A stretch of DNA of 64,000 nucleotides from Phoronis australis (lineage: Eukaryota; Animalia; Phoronida): contig NMRA01000054.1 of assembly GCA_002633005.1 (NCBI GenBank), forward strand, positions 314,952 through 378,951. The letters are read 5' to 3'. Below are positions 1-12,100 of this stretch, in pieces. How positions within the stretch are numbered: the stretch's first letter is position 1; every line of letters starts with the position of its first letter. The translations under genes were made by a program, and so were the position numbers. The notes beneath the pieces are model-generated. The model was not told where the DNA came from. It did not search any database and saw nothing but the letters and a program-made list of their open reading frames with translations.

Positions 1-476
1 CATAGTAGTCGCAATTTTCGGAAAATCATCGTCAACCATCCTCTTCATAATAAGAACATACATGCCAATTTCCACAATGATCCTTAGAGCAGTTTGGTTG
101 ATAGAAGGGTAGACTCAAAAACAGCAAAAATGGCCACTAGGTGGCGCAAACTACGTCGAGGCCGTCTGAAAATGAGAGGATAGCGTCATCTCACTAATAG
201 GTGCCTATATTCTAAATTTCATGAAAATACCTTGTGGTCCTTTGAAGATACAGAGGTAAACGTAAAAAAACTAAAATTGCCACTAGGGGACACACCGGTA
301 GTCAGATCCATCCAAAAGTTTGCTCATGCTGTCCCATCCATGACAGGAACATATGTGCAAATTTTCATGAACGTACAACAAAACGTTTTGGAGATACAGG
401 AGCAGACGCCGGACGGATGCCGGACGGACGGAGATGACGGCATAATGCGTCCACATATAAATATGTGGGCGCATAA
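1..476 (-). mobile_element. Same Helentron/HINE-like family, 5' part, cut by the window edge
   Basis: 420-476 is the near-exact reverse complement of 53598-53655; shares the core repeat. Confidence 0.75.
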
Positions 477-1574
477 CAACGAAATGGTGATTTCATCTTG
501 AATATTTAGTACATTCAAATGAAATGTGGTCAATATGTAATGCGTTGTTTTGCAATGAATATTATCTTTCCTTCAAGCTAAATTTAACAAAAGAGACATG
601 ATCACATGACCCTGCCAATTAATAGCAGACTGACATAAAATCAAATTCAATCTGTAGACTTTCTTCTTTAAGAAAATATTCACTTCTAGTGACTAGTTAA
701 AATCAAGAGTTTTAGAAATGTGGCTAAATACACACAGCTTGTTGATAGTGTTCTATATAACCTTAAGATAGCATGAAGCACTCGCATTTACTGAGACTAT
801 TGAATGGGGCTATTCGGAAAATTTACATCAACTAGAGGGCGCGCGTGTACTAGTGGTGATAGATCAACAGCCTTGATCTTGTGAGCCCTTTAAATACATG
901 CTGAAATTGCTTGCAGCCATGCCAACTGTTTTCGAGATTGCGTGAAAAGGGTGCTTCTGTGAGAGAAAGTGAGCATGACATTATACAAAGGTAAGGTTTG
1001 TGATTATTTTACCGACTATTCCATTTTTGTTCTACTGATGCCTGTTAACTGAGGTACTCGCCGATGTCGACTGAGCGGCAGTCGCCAGTCGGGTTAATCT
1101 TTGTTTGTTGCGATGTGTGTTGCGATACTTGATGTAACACTCGTGATCTTTTCGTACAGCAAAGCAGTATTATTGTTTGGAATGATTTCTAACAGGTTTA
1201 TCAGTGACAGTTACTTCTATGAATGCTGAATGTTTATGCTGTTAACAAGATATTGGTTAGTGAGTTAAAATTACAATCCAAGCCCAATGCCATGGCAAAG
1301 GGTACGTGACAAGTCAAATATCCATTAGACTGTCTTTGGAAATCTATTACACGTAGAAATGGAAATCTATCATGTCTGTTTTCACATGACCTTTGGTTTT
1401 TAGGTTTGAGGGCTTGTACCAAGTACCGTGCAGAGGAGATATGCATCGCTTCTGCATCAACCCTGAATGGACAAAAATTGGTTTTAAGCAGTTGACTGCA
1501 GCTAATCAGCAAGATCTTCCCATCCAGTGCAGATCTGATGTCAAAGCCTATTTTCTACATCGGTGACAACGAAC

Positions 1575-2034
1575 AAGCTTTGTAACTCCTTTCTCTTCCC
1601 ACAGCATTTCCATACACCAGCAGTACTGCATGGCACAATCTACAAGTCAGTGGCCCTGGAGAAATGTGAATGACAGTACGAAGTTACCATAAGACAATGT
1701 GCCAGTGGATTGTTTGTGTATGAAGAGGAGCTATATCTGACTGCTACACAAGTCAGCCTCGTTGGTGAGGATGCTCTTTCATAGGCAATAAGTCATGTGT
1801 GTACAATAGCTTATTTCCTTTCCTGGCAGAAACATGAGGGATTGAAGCTAAAGAAGACCTAGTGACACTCGGGTCTAGTTCAGGGTCAGATTTTGGGCAC
1901 AAAACGAGTGAAGTGATATGCTGCTGTGTTTACCTTCAAGGATCTAATTGTGGACGTTATTGAGGATGAATGAGGTTACATGAAAGAAAGCCACGTGCCG
2001 AAACTGGACCTTTTCTACAAGCGCTTCTATAGGC
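1575..2034 (+). pseudogene. YqaJ / lambda-exonuclease-like domain pseudogene
   Basis: One frame with several stops: FHTPAVLHG..GLFV..YLTAT..LVG..LKLKKT..VQGQILGTKR..VFTFKDL..PKLDLFY, matching the motif order of YqaJ-like exonucleases; the PD-(D/E)xK residues are decayed. Confidence 0.68.
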
Positions 2035-2292
2035 CAGTGGCAGATTTAGGGGGGGGGGCATGGCCCCCTTAAAATTCTCCCCGATACCATTTTAGGGGAG
2101 GGGTGAATGCACAATTCATAGGCCTTGAACAAACCCCGCTTATCGTTTTTTTTTAGTAATGAGGTCCACAAACCCAAATTTCAAAACCCCTGCAACCCTA
2201 CATTTTAGGGTGTGTGCGTGCATGTGGTGAAATCGAGGTTATTCCTGTGCCCTGCCCCCCCCCCCTAACTTAAAATCCTGGATCTGCCCCTG
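2035..2292. mobile_element. MITE nested in the ISL2EU-like element
   Basis: CAGTGGCAGAT...GATCTGCCCCTG termini, G/C runs inside, TAGGC direct repeat on both sides. Confidence 0.75.
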
Positions 2293-3018
2293 TAGGCCAT
2301 TGAAACTAGATCCCTGTGAAATGAAAACCAAAAGCATTTGGTATAAATACCTGTACTTTCTCACTGAGTGACATTAACTTTTCCTTTCAGAAGAAAGGCT
2401 TTATACCAATGGTAAAAACTTTTCAATTTTGTACACATTATGGGGGACATGACATTTAGTGACTGCATCCATTGTCTGATTGTCAGTTGAATGCCCGTTA
2501 ATGTTACAGTTTTGATGATCGAATAAATTTTTTATCAACAGGCAAGTTTGTTACTAATTAATGAAACCACAATATTTCCTCAGTTTTAAAGCCCCATATA
2601 GTGCAGTTGTGCTTATTCTTTATACAGCTGAAATGATTACCGATTATGCTTGCGAATTGTCATTTTCCTGTTGACCTCTAGAAATGTGCAGTGATCAAAA
2701 TGAAGTATTCCCTTTGTTTGCACTTGATTTGTTTGTGTGCTGTGTAATTATTTTTAGAGCTTTGAACAATTTTAAGTTTTGTGACCACCTGTCGAAGACT
2801 TGCACCAGGGGAAATAGCAATTATAATAAGGCCTAGCACAACGATGCATTTTGATAACAATCCGTCTTTTTACCAGCTGTTTACATGCACACAGCGACGC
2901 ATGCGCAATTCCATCATCACTAGTACAGCAGCGACACCGCGAGAATTCTCCGAATAGCCCCATTGAACGTACAGCATAAATGTACAAGATTGGTTATTAA
3001 ACCTGCATGTTGCTTTAC

Positions 3019-3174
3019 CTTGTATTCTGACCAAACTAGACAGGTCAAACCGCTTGGACTTGTAATCAACTCGACACTGACTGGTGAGAGGATGGTCTAG
3101 ACAGGCATATTGAGTGTCCCAGCTGAATATGTAGGTACAGTGCGATTCTGTCTCAAAAATGGGCTGGCCAGCAC
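3019..3174 (-). CDS. IGF2R: CI-MPR exon 8 (end of domain 3, start of domain 4)
   Basis: [35 protein letters not shown]; gtaaag donor. Confidence 0.92.
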
Positions 3175-6100
3175 CTGGTGAGAAACATAGAAGAACTGAA
3201 GGACAACAAACAACGATCTTATGACATCGACACTGTTTTGATCCTTTTTATCACTAACTTTATCTGTTTCAGGAATAGACTGACACTAATTTTAGTTCTA
3301 CAGGTTTTACTTTGCAGCTGTTCAATTTGTTTACTAGCAGATAGCATTTGATTAATGTGACCCATAGGGTCAGGCTAGTGAGAAGTGACGTAATTGGTTC
3401 ACAATAGAAAACTGGAGGATATTCGAGAGGAATGTTCCATCATATAAGTGATTAAAAAATAAAACCGTAGTCCACAACATTCAAGAGCCTTGTTTTTGTA
3501 TATAGAAATCCCGTCCGCAAAGTTCTAGAATGTTTTTATTTACTAGAAGTGAAAAGTTCCAATGAGTACATTGTGAGAGAATATAAGTATCGGGATATGA
3601 GTCATTTGAAGTTGAGTGGAGTTAAAGTAATGAGATAAAGAATCAGCAGTTACGGTGTTTGTCAGTTACAAATGTCTGAAGCTACCGATGGATACCACAA
3701 ACTGTCACATGGACAAATCGATTTACGAAGTTGCATTCGTGAAAAATTATACAACATGGCAAATGGATTTGGAAAGCTGTTTCAGGAGATCCCCCAGCCA
3801 GCCAGTAACGGGTCCTATAAATAGGCACAGATGACTCATATGCCATTACATCATTCCCAGACAACCAATAGAAGCAGGCCAGTTGAGCCAACACTCATTC
3901 CCAGACAACCAATAGAAGCAGGCCAGTTGAGCCAACACTCATTCACAGACAACCAATAGAAGCAGGCCAGTTGAGCCAACACTCATTCACAGACAACCAA
4001 TAGAAGCAGGCCAGTTGAGCCAACACTCATTCACAGTTTCACAAAGAGAATTTTGGAATTACGCAATACATTTGTCTGAGGATGAGTTAGAGAAAGTCCA
4101 CTACACCTCTAAAACCTAAAACTGAAAAGAAGTAAATAATAAATCTCTTCACCAGCATAATAATAATTGTGGAAAATGACCAAAAAGTCAGTACTACTCA
4201 TTAACATTGATGAACATTTACCGACTTCAAAATTATGAAAATTGACAATTAATTTTGCTCTGGAATATTCGATACAATAAAAATTACAAATAACCTAGTA
4301 ACACTATATTTATAAAAATCCATTGTGCACAAATTCTCATACAAAAAACAACATTAAAGACACAGCTAATTGCTACAGCAGAGCTTTATGAGTATGCTGC
4401 CCTGATGTCGCATACTGGGCCACCTACCAGCTGTTTTGTTGCAATGGAAGTGAATTACTGTCTCTCTCTGGAACGTGTTATGGCAGGGGGCGCCACCTTG
4501 GTAAGTCAATGTTAGGTCACCATCCGAATATCTGCAAACACATCACAAAAAAGAACAGTGCTTTTGCTCTCAAATATTTAAGGACAAAAACAAAGTTGGT
4601 TCTGGTCGGTTTTTCTTTACAGTGGCAGACAACAAAAACACATTCCAACTCAAAAATAATCAAAATGGGCAATAGGTGGCGCAGATTCTGTCAAATCTAT
4701 TCAAAAATTGTAAAGCATAGTCATCCTCATAATAGAAACCAATTTGCCAAATTTCATGAAAAACTGTATAGGAACTCTGAAGAAACAGAGGCAAACATTA
4801 AAAACTAAAATTGCCACTGGGGGGTACAGTATTAGTCAGATTTGTCCAATAAAAGTCATGGCCATCCCTTGTCACCATCCAAATTTGACAAAGATCTTGT
4901 AAAGAGTTAAAGAGGTACAGCCATGGATGCACAGCAGTCAGCCATGGTCTGCTGAGTAAGAACACCATATTTTCATAATCGTGTTTCAAAAGCAATAACA
5001 AATGACCACTAGGTGGCGCAGAAGCTATCCAATCCATCCGAAAATGAAAAGGCCTCCTTGCCACCATAATGGAAACCAATTTGTAGAATTTCATGGAAAT
5101 GCATTGGGGAATTCTAATTAATATACATAGGCAAACCAGTAGTGAGATACGTCCAAAAGTCATAGTCATCCATTGTCACATTCATAGAGAAGCACTTGCC
5201 AAATTTCACAAAGATGTGGATGTAAAAATAACAAAATAGCACTCAGGTACGCAACAGTTGAAAACCAGGTCCAAAAATCAACATCAGCCATGGACGTCCC
5301 TGCAGCAACACATTACACAAATTTTCACAATGTTCTTTCAAGTGGTTTGCTGGATGTAGCGGCGAATGCCAAAAACGAACTTGAAAATGACAAAAATAGT
5401 CACTATGTGGCCCAAGTCAAGTCCATCCACGAATGACATCATCTCTTTGATAGAAACCTAACTGCTGATTATATGAAAATTCATCAAGGAACTCTCAAGA
5501 TACAGTCTGTGGCAAAGAAACAAGAACAAATACTTGGGGGGCAGCGGTATTTGGATCAGTCCGAAACTTGTCATTATCCATCCTCAACCTGATAGGAGCA
5601 CATCTGTATTTAGATCCTACAAGAGTTTTAGGAGATACATCAGCGGACGTGGCAATATACACCCACTATGTGTATGTATATGTATGTGAGTGCATAAAGT
5701 CACTGATTTTACTTAATTCTCATTTATATGCTCAACTCAAGACGATAAGCGACTCAAAACAGGTAAGCTTTCACAAAAACACTAATTTTAGCTTTTACCT
5801 GTCGTAATATTTGTCACAAGCAGCTACAACTCAGTCAAGACACTTGAAAGTGAATGCAGATACCTGAGGGTTTGCTGGCGCACAGAACCAGCTATTTTCG
5901 CTAAGTTATCTCCCTTGGTTTGACAGACGGCGGCGTATGGATCAGCTTGAGCACTTGTTCCATTGCATGGAATGTTAAGTGGTCCACAAATGTTGAGATA
6001 GTAGGTATAATCACTATTGTCTTGGGGGTCATGAACTTTAACCTCATAGTTGTGGTCTGTGTTACACAAGGTAAAAAGCAGAGCGAGATTAACACCAAAG

Positions 6101-9100
6101 TCAAAACAATTAAATCCATTGTTAATTACCTTCAAATATTAGAGATCGTGATTAAAACCTACAAAACACACAATGTGGAATGGAGCTAACAGAAACAAAA
6201 ATAATGACGATGGAGTGGTGAACAGAAAAACAGGATGTTATGCATAAAATTGAAGTTATAAAAATTCTATTATATACGTACCAACACCATTTCGCTTCAA
6301 TGGGGTCAAGTCAAAGTTGACATCATGGACATCATCAGAGAACTTGCACTGATTGGTTGAGAGGTAGTCAACAGAACATGCATACTCTGTGCGCCACTCC
6401 ACAATATAGTGACAACCCATGTCTGACAGCAAAAGAGGGTCCTTGTTCTACAAAGAGCCAAGATTTAATATGTAGTTGATGGAACAGAGATTTTAACTTA
6501 AAGATGACAAGTCTGCATATTTAGCCATATATCTACAAAACTAATTTATGTAGATTTTAACTAGTTAGTAAAAGTATTCACTTTTCTGAAAGTATAAAGC
6601 CTGTAGACTTTGATCTTTGACCTTTTCCCAATCTTGCATTAGTCGATTCACATGATCATGTCTTTTTACCAAAATTTAGTAAAAAAAGAAAGGTAGATAG
6701 CAAAACAATGTTATCAATAACATGATCAAATATAAATGTTCTCAAAAACACTGTTCCAGTTTTCGAAAATGTCGGTTTTCAGTTCATGCAACTTCAGAGA
6801 CTTTTCATGACAATGATAGAAATTTAACTTTTGAAAGCCCCTTGTGCAAAAGTGGAATATTTTAAAAAAACATTTCCTACCAACATTTTAGAGAAAACTA
6901 CATGAAGCACAGTATCTGAAAGTTTCATATTAGGCAATTATAAGATATCATGGTCCATATTAGGCAATTATAAGATATCATGGTCCATATTAGGCAATAA
7001 TAAGATATCATGGTCAATATTAGGCAATAATAACATATCATGGTCCATATTAGGCAATTATAAGATACCATGGTCTATATTAGGCAATTATAAGATATCA
7101 TGGTCCATATTAGGCAATTATAAGATATCATGGTCCAAAGTCTGTCAAAACTGGAATTTTTCTAGGGTCCTACATAACTTCAAAAGTCTGTCTTAATGAC
7201 AATTATGTTTCCTTTACTCGAGGTCATGGGTTCGAGTCCCACTAGGGCACACTGTAGACCCTGGGGTCAGGTCTCCAGTTCCACAGCTTGGTTTTTACTA
7301 TCAATTAATAAAGCATATAAAGGCTTTAAGGTTATCAGTGCAATGGGTCCACCTGAGCTGCTCGTGCACATGCAAGGTGTATCAGAACACTTGCATTTTA
7401 ATAATGACAATAAATGTTTGCAAAGAAATTGATATGGTTTCGAAGCTAAAAGCCATATACAACATACTATGAAAACTGGGCAGAGTTATACATAATTATT
7501 CATTATCATGTAATAAAGCCATAAGAAACCCAGAGGTCCTTTAAAGCTGATAAACCATATTTTAATCAATATTGGACACCTCACTTAACTTTAAAAGGAT
7601 TTACTGACTGAAGTTTTACTTCAGTGGAAAAACTTTAAAACTAGACATTTTAAAAATCAGATAGGCATGCAAGTCTTTGGGTGTTGTTTCTTTACCCCGC
7701 CTCTTTTTGGACAACGGAATGTGACTGTCGTATTTAACCCATTCGGGCAGTCACTAGACTTGCTACTGGACATGTACTCTAAGACCAGATTTTTGTCCTT
7801 GTTTATAATCAACGGAGACACGGCAGATCCATATTTTGTAGGTTGCCCAGATGTGGGTTTTGAACAACTGGCTGACCCTTCACACCCCGAAGTAGCAGAA
7901 TCTGAAAGTTCAAGAAAATATGAATTAATTAAAAGCACAGCTAAATGCTGACTATTAATGTAAAACCAACATAAAGCCTCGATTTACATGCATATTTTCG
8001 TTTAAGCCCAATTAGTCTCCCTTGCTAAACATGACTCCACAATTTATTTGCTCAACTCTGTGACGTGCTATTTATTAACACTTATAATACTCACTTGGTG
8101 AAGGAAGATCACAAGGGAAAGTGTGTGATCAAATAGTGACATTATGTGATCACATCAGAATCAGGAAAATCTCATTTATTATTACTCAATCATATCAAAA
8201 AACTGAATGGCATGACCTTACTTGGAATATGGTAATGATATCGCTTATTAGGAGGTCGAAGCCAACATCAAGCCAATGAATTATCAATGATTTTCAAAAA
8301 TACAGAAGCCGACTGCACCACAAATCAATAGCGCAGTCACCCTTTCTGAAAAATTGAAGAAGGCCCACAATTTATATTTCAGTTATCCCATGGAAATCAG
8401 CTACACAATGCTCTTAATCAGGTCACAGAACTATTTTGGCAAACCAAATAAGCCAAACCACCCTCTGTGGGCAGCTGCCTGAAGAAATACTGGGTTAAAA
8501 TAGTTATGCAAGAATTATACTAAATTTAGGAAGAAATACATTACCAGAATGTATATGTGGGCACAAAAAGAAGAGTAGCAACCGTCATAGAATGAATGTA
8601 TGATTTATTATCAAATCTGCACCGTGGTTAGAAAAATTTGTGTCACCTGTTCTAATAACAATTTACTATAAATAAAAACTATTTTGAACACATGTGCTGA
8701 ATTCTGTGTAAGTTTATCATTTATACCTCTCAAATACGCCAAAGTTTATGAAATTTATCAAGCTTTATAGCTGATAGGTCATGAATCTGCCTTGGGATGA
8801 AAAACACAGTCATTTAGATTTTGAAAACAAACACAAAATACAATCTCTAACATTGCAGTCAGATATATGGTCTGAATGTGCTTGACCTACAAAAATGACT
8901 GGTTGTAATAAGTGAATCAAGTACGAAGCCTCTTTAGTAATTTTTCCTATCTATGATCTTTCACGCCCAATAAAATTAAGAAATAACTTCTTATTATTGA
9001 CCTTCACTACACACCTGGTGTAATATCTCTGCAGACATTGATGTAGAATGACCTCTGTTGTTCATCGTCATTGACAAGGTAGCCTCCAGTTTGCTTAATC

Positions 9101-12100
9101 AGGGGAGACAAATCATGCTTGTTGCCACCGTCATCATACACAGAACATGGTACCTCGTTGACACCTTCTGGTACTACACTGCACACAGCATCGGTGTACC
9201 ACTCGAAATACGTGACACAGGCATAGGAAGCCAGCAAATCAGGTGATCCCTGGTCACAATAGTAAAATGCAGGTTTTAACACAAACAACCGGCATAAAGA
9301 GAGTGAAAGAATCTAGGGAAAAATGCACATCGAATCTTCAGAAATATTTTCATTACGCCTCGTTACATCTCACATAAAACCAAGAATTACATCCATATAA
9401 ATACAGAGCAAATAACATAAATCGTAATGAATCATGATGTGGTTCTGCAGTTAATGAAATACGGAATGTATCAAGCTGTTCTACACAAATGACTAAAGCA
9501 CCCTGCTGGTATATTGTTTTGCCAATTTATTTGATGGCATACATTTACTATTATATACACTTACCAATGATTTGCCACATTTCAAGATAAAGCTAGTCTT
9601 GTACAATTCACCACTGCTTAATGGGCATGGCGCCCCAGTGAACACGAGATGACTTTCTCCTGAAGAAGCAATTTTCTTATAATCTAACGAATCAGTGTAA
9701 TTGCCGAGTGATACCGCAGTATTTATTCCTCTTCTCCTGCACACAGCTGAATGTTCACAACCAGCCAAACTAACTGTCCCACATAGTCTGATGTTGTAGA
9801 TGTCCAATGTGTCATTTGATTTAATTTTTACTTCCCACGCAGTCCTAGAACAAGATCTTGTTATTAGATACATTTTTGTCACAGTTGTGTCACGAAGCAC
9901 CAAGTGTCACTCAGACTTGGCTCAAAAATTACGATTACATCACAAGAAATCCTTAACAAATTGTACAATCAAAGATCAGTAAGGTACTAGTAGGGAGTAT
10001 CTCTGCGGCAGAACAAGATAAATAGTTGTTTAGTGTACCACACGAGGGGGGGAGGTGCGAGGGGGAGGTGCAAGGGGGNAGGGGTGCGAGGGGGGTAGGT
10101 GTGAGGGGGGAGATGCGCGGGGGTCAAACAATGAAACTGAACTCACTTAATGAAGGTTAAGAAATGTCATTGTCTAGTGCAATGAAAATATGACAATTTA
10201 ATCTTAGATGTTTTCCAACATTACTATCATTTGTCAATCTCGTCCCTAGTGTTTCACTGAACAATTGAATAGAGGAATTACTACACTGCCATTCAAATCC
10301 ATGATTCTTTATGACCGTACATCTGTCTGGCTTCACACCTGCAGTCGCACAAGTGCCCTAAACTTTGAAAATTAGGTCAACCACAAAATTTGTAGTGAGT
10401 TCAACATGCATTTTTCAACCTATTGGCAATAAAAAGTAGTCATTTTGCCCTACACTGGAGATGTTCTACATTGTCTTCAATGAAGCCGCAAGAATGGTGA
10501 CAATTTCCTTGAACCAAAATAGATTTCACACATTTGCTTTCACATTGGCTTAACTCCAGTAAACAATGAAGTTAACAGAAACGTTCATACTGGCTTCAGA
10601 ATGGCCATCAAACTAAACAGTAAGTGATGCTCAAAGTTATTGTCTTGCCTCCTCAGACTCAGTTGGTTAGGCACATTATCAGTGACGTCACAGCGCGAGT
10701 CCTGGGAACCAAGTTAATTTATTGCAATTTTGCCTCCTTCCCATACGCAAATTGCATAGCCTCCGCTAGGTAGGTTGAGGGATAAAACAAGTCATTGCCA
10801 AGGTGGTGCTGATGCATCAGGTGACCTTTACCTTAGTTTTTTGTACAGCGTTGACGTCTTGCGTGCATTAAGAATTTTTTAACATGGCAAGTTGAGAACT
10901 TCTATGATTTAAATTCGACTACTCATTATTAAAGCAAAATATTATGTCAATATTAGCAATAACAGAGGCTGATCTACAGGAGGGTTCAACCCCTCCCCCC
11001 CCCCCTAGGGACAGGATCCAAAATAAAAATTGGAAAAAAATTCGCCAAAAAAACAAAATCAGCTACTAAAAACCACAAAAAAACTTACACGGTAGGGGAG
11101 AAACCCCCTCCTGACCTTCCTTCCGCTCGGCACTACACGCATCGGATTCACTCGAATCCTAAACCCTCCCTTACTGAAAACGTAGATCTGCCACTGTGAC
11201 ACTAATTCGAATGGAATTACAAAAATTGTGTACCTGTTCGGAAGTCCTTATCCATACTGTGGGAAGTTAATGTGTTAAGTCTTTAATAAATACATTCAAT
11301 TGACAGGAGAAATCCAAAATGTCCTGATTTGTTTAAGAAATGACTAATTCCCCAATACCTCAAACTCATTGCATAGGTTTTCAAACTCGAAGCAAGTAAG
11401 CCAAACTCGTCACAACAAATTCAAACTAGATGCAGTGATGAGTCAAAACAGTTAGTGGAGAACATGTCCCCTCAATCTGCTGGGATGTACCCAGATTTCA
11501 CTTCCCCTTCTTTCAATACTATGCTGATCGACTCATTGACTTTTGCACACCACATTGTGTATTAGAGGAAACAAGTGAGTGAACCAAGTACAATGAAATG
11601 CAATTTCTTAAGTTACCTAGATTTGAAGTAATACTGTACATGGACTTCATCCAATATTTATGAGTACAAAAAGTAGGGTTTCAAAAATGGGTTTCCACAC
11701 ACAAACCCAATTTATCTAAATCCTTAAAGTTAGCCACTTCATGACAGTGAAATAAGTCAACCATGTGCAAAAGGTAATTATAGCAATAGGACTTTGTTGG
11801 TTTAACAAGTGCGCGGCATAATTCGCCAAAAAGGTTTCAGCGTATGGATTGGAGGCCCTATGGGATGGCCTCTGTCACCGTCTACTGGGACCAGTTGAGA
11901 CGGTAGTACTGTTGTAGTAATAGCTGAGATCACCTGTCCCGGGAATCGAACCAGCAACCCTGATAAAACCAGCAAGTGTGCTAACCATTCAGCCACTAGG
12001 CAATTGCCCATTAGCAATTGGCTAACAGAGGCTCATGTGATTCACCGGAAACACGGCAACAACATTCAGACGAGATAACCCGACCAGGGAATCGAAGCAC

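Larger units (their letters stand above)
806..2961 (+). mobile_element. Decayed ISL2EU-like (PIF/Harbinger-related) DNA transposon in a CI-MPR intron
   Basis: Termini GGGGCTATTCGGA..AATT / AATT..TCCGAATAGCCCC with AT on both flanks; the imperfect TIR extends ~60 bp (tgtactagtgRtgat); contains SAP-like and YqaJ exonuclease remnants. Confidence 0.7.

Noticed and set aside
3851-7137. 44-bp and 30-bp arrays as CRISPR-like repeats
   Set aside because: The units are head to tail with no unique spacers, in introns of an animal gene; they are ordinary minisatellites.
7215-7260. GGTTCGAGTCC B-box as a tRNA gene (also ~11940-11998 and ~56620-56685)
   Set aside because: No complete cloverleaf or acceptor stem could be built; more consistent with tRNA-derived SINE fragments.
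10043-10105. G-rich tract as a functional G-quadruplex
   Set aside because: Low-complexity repeat containing an assembly N; the sequence is unreliable and there is no functional evidence.
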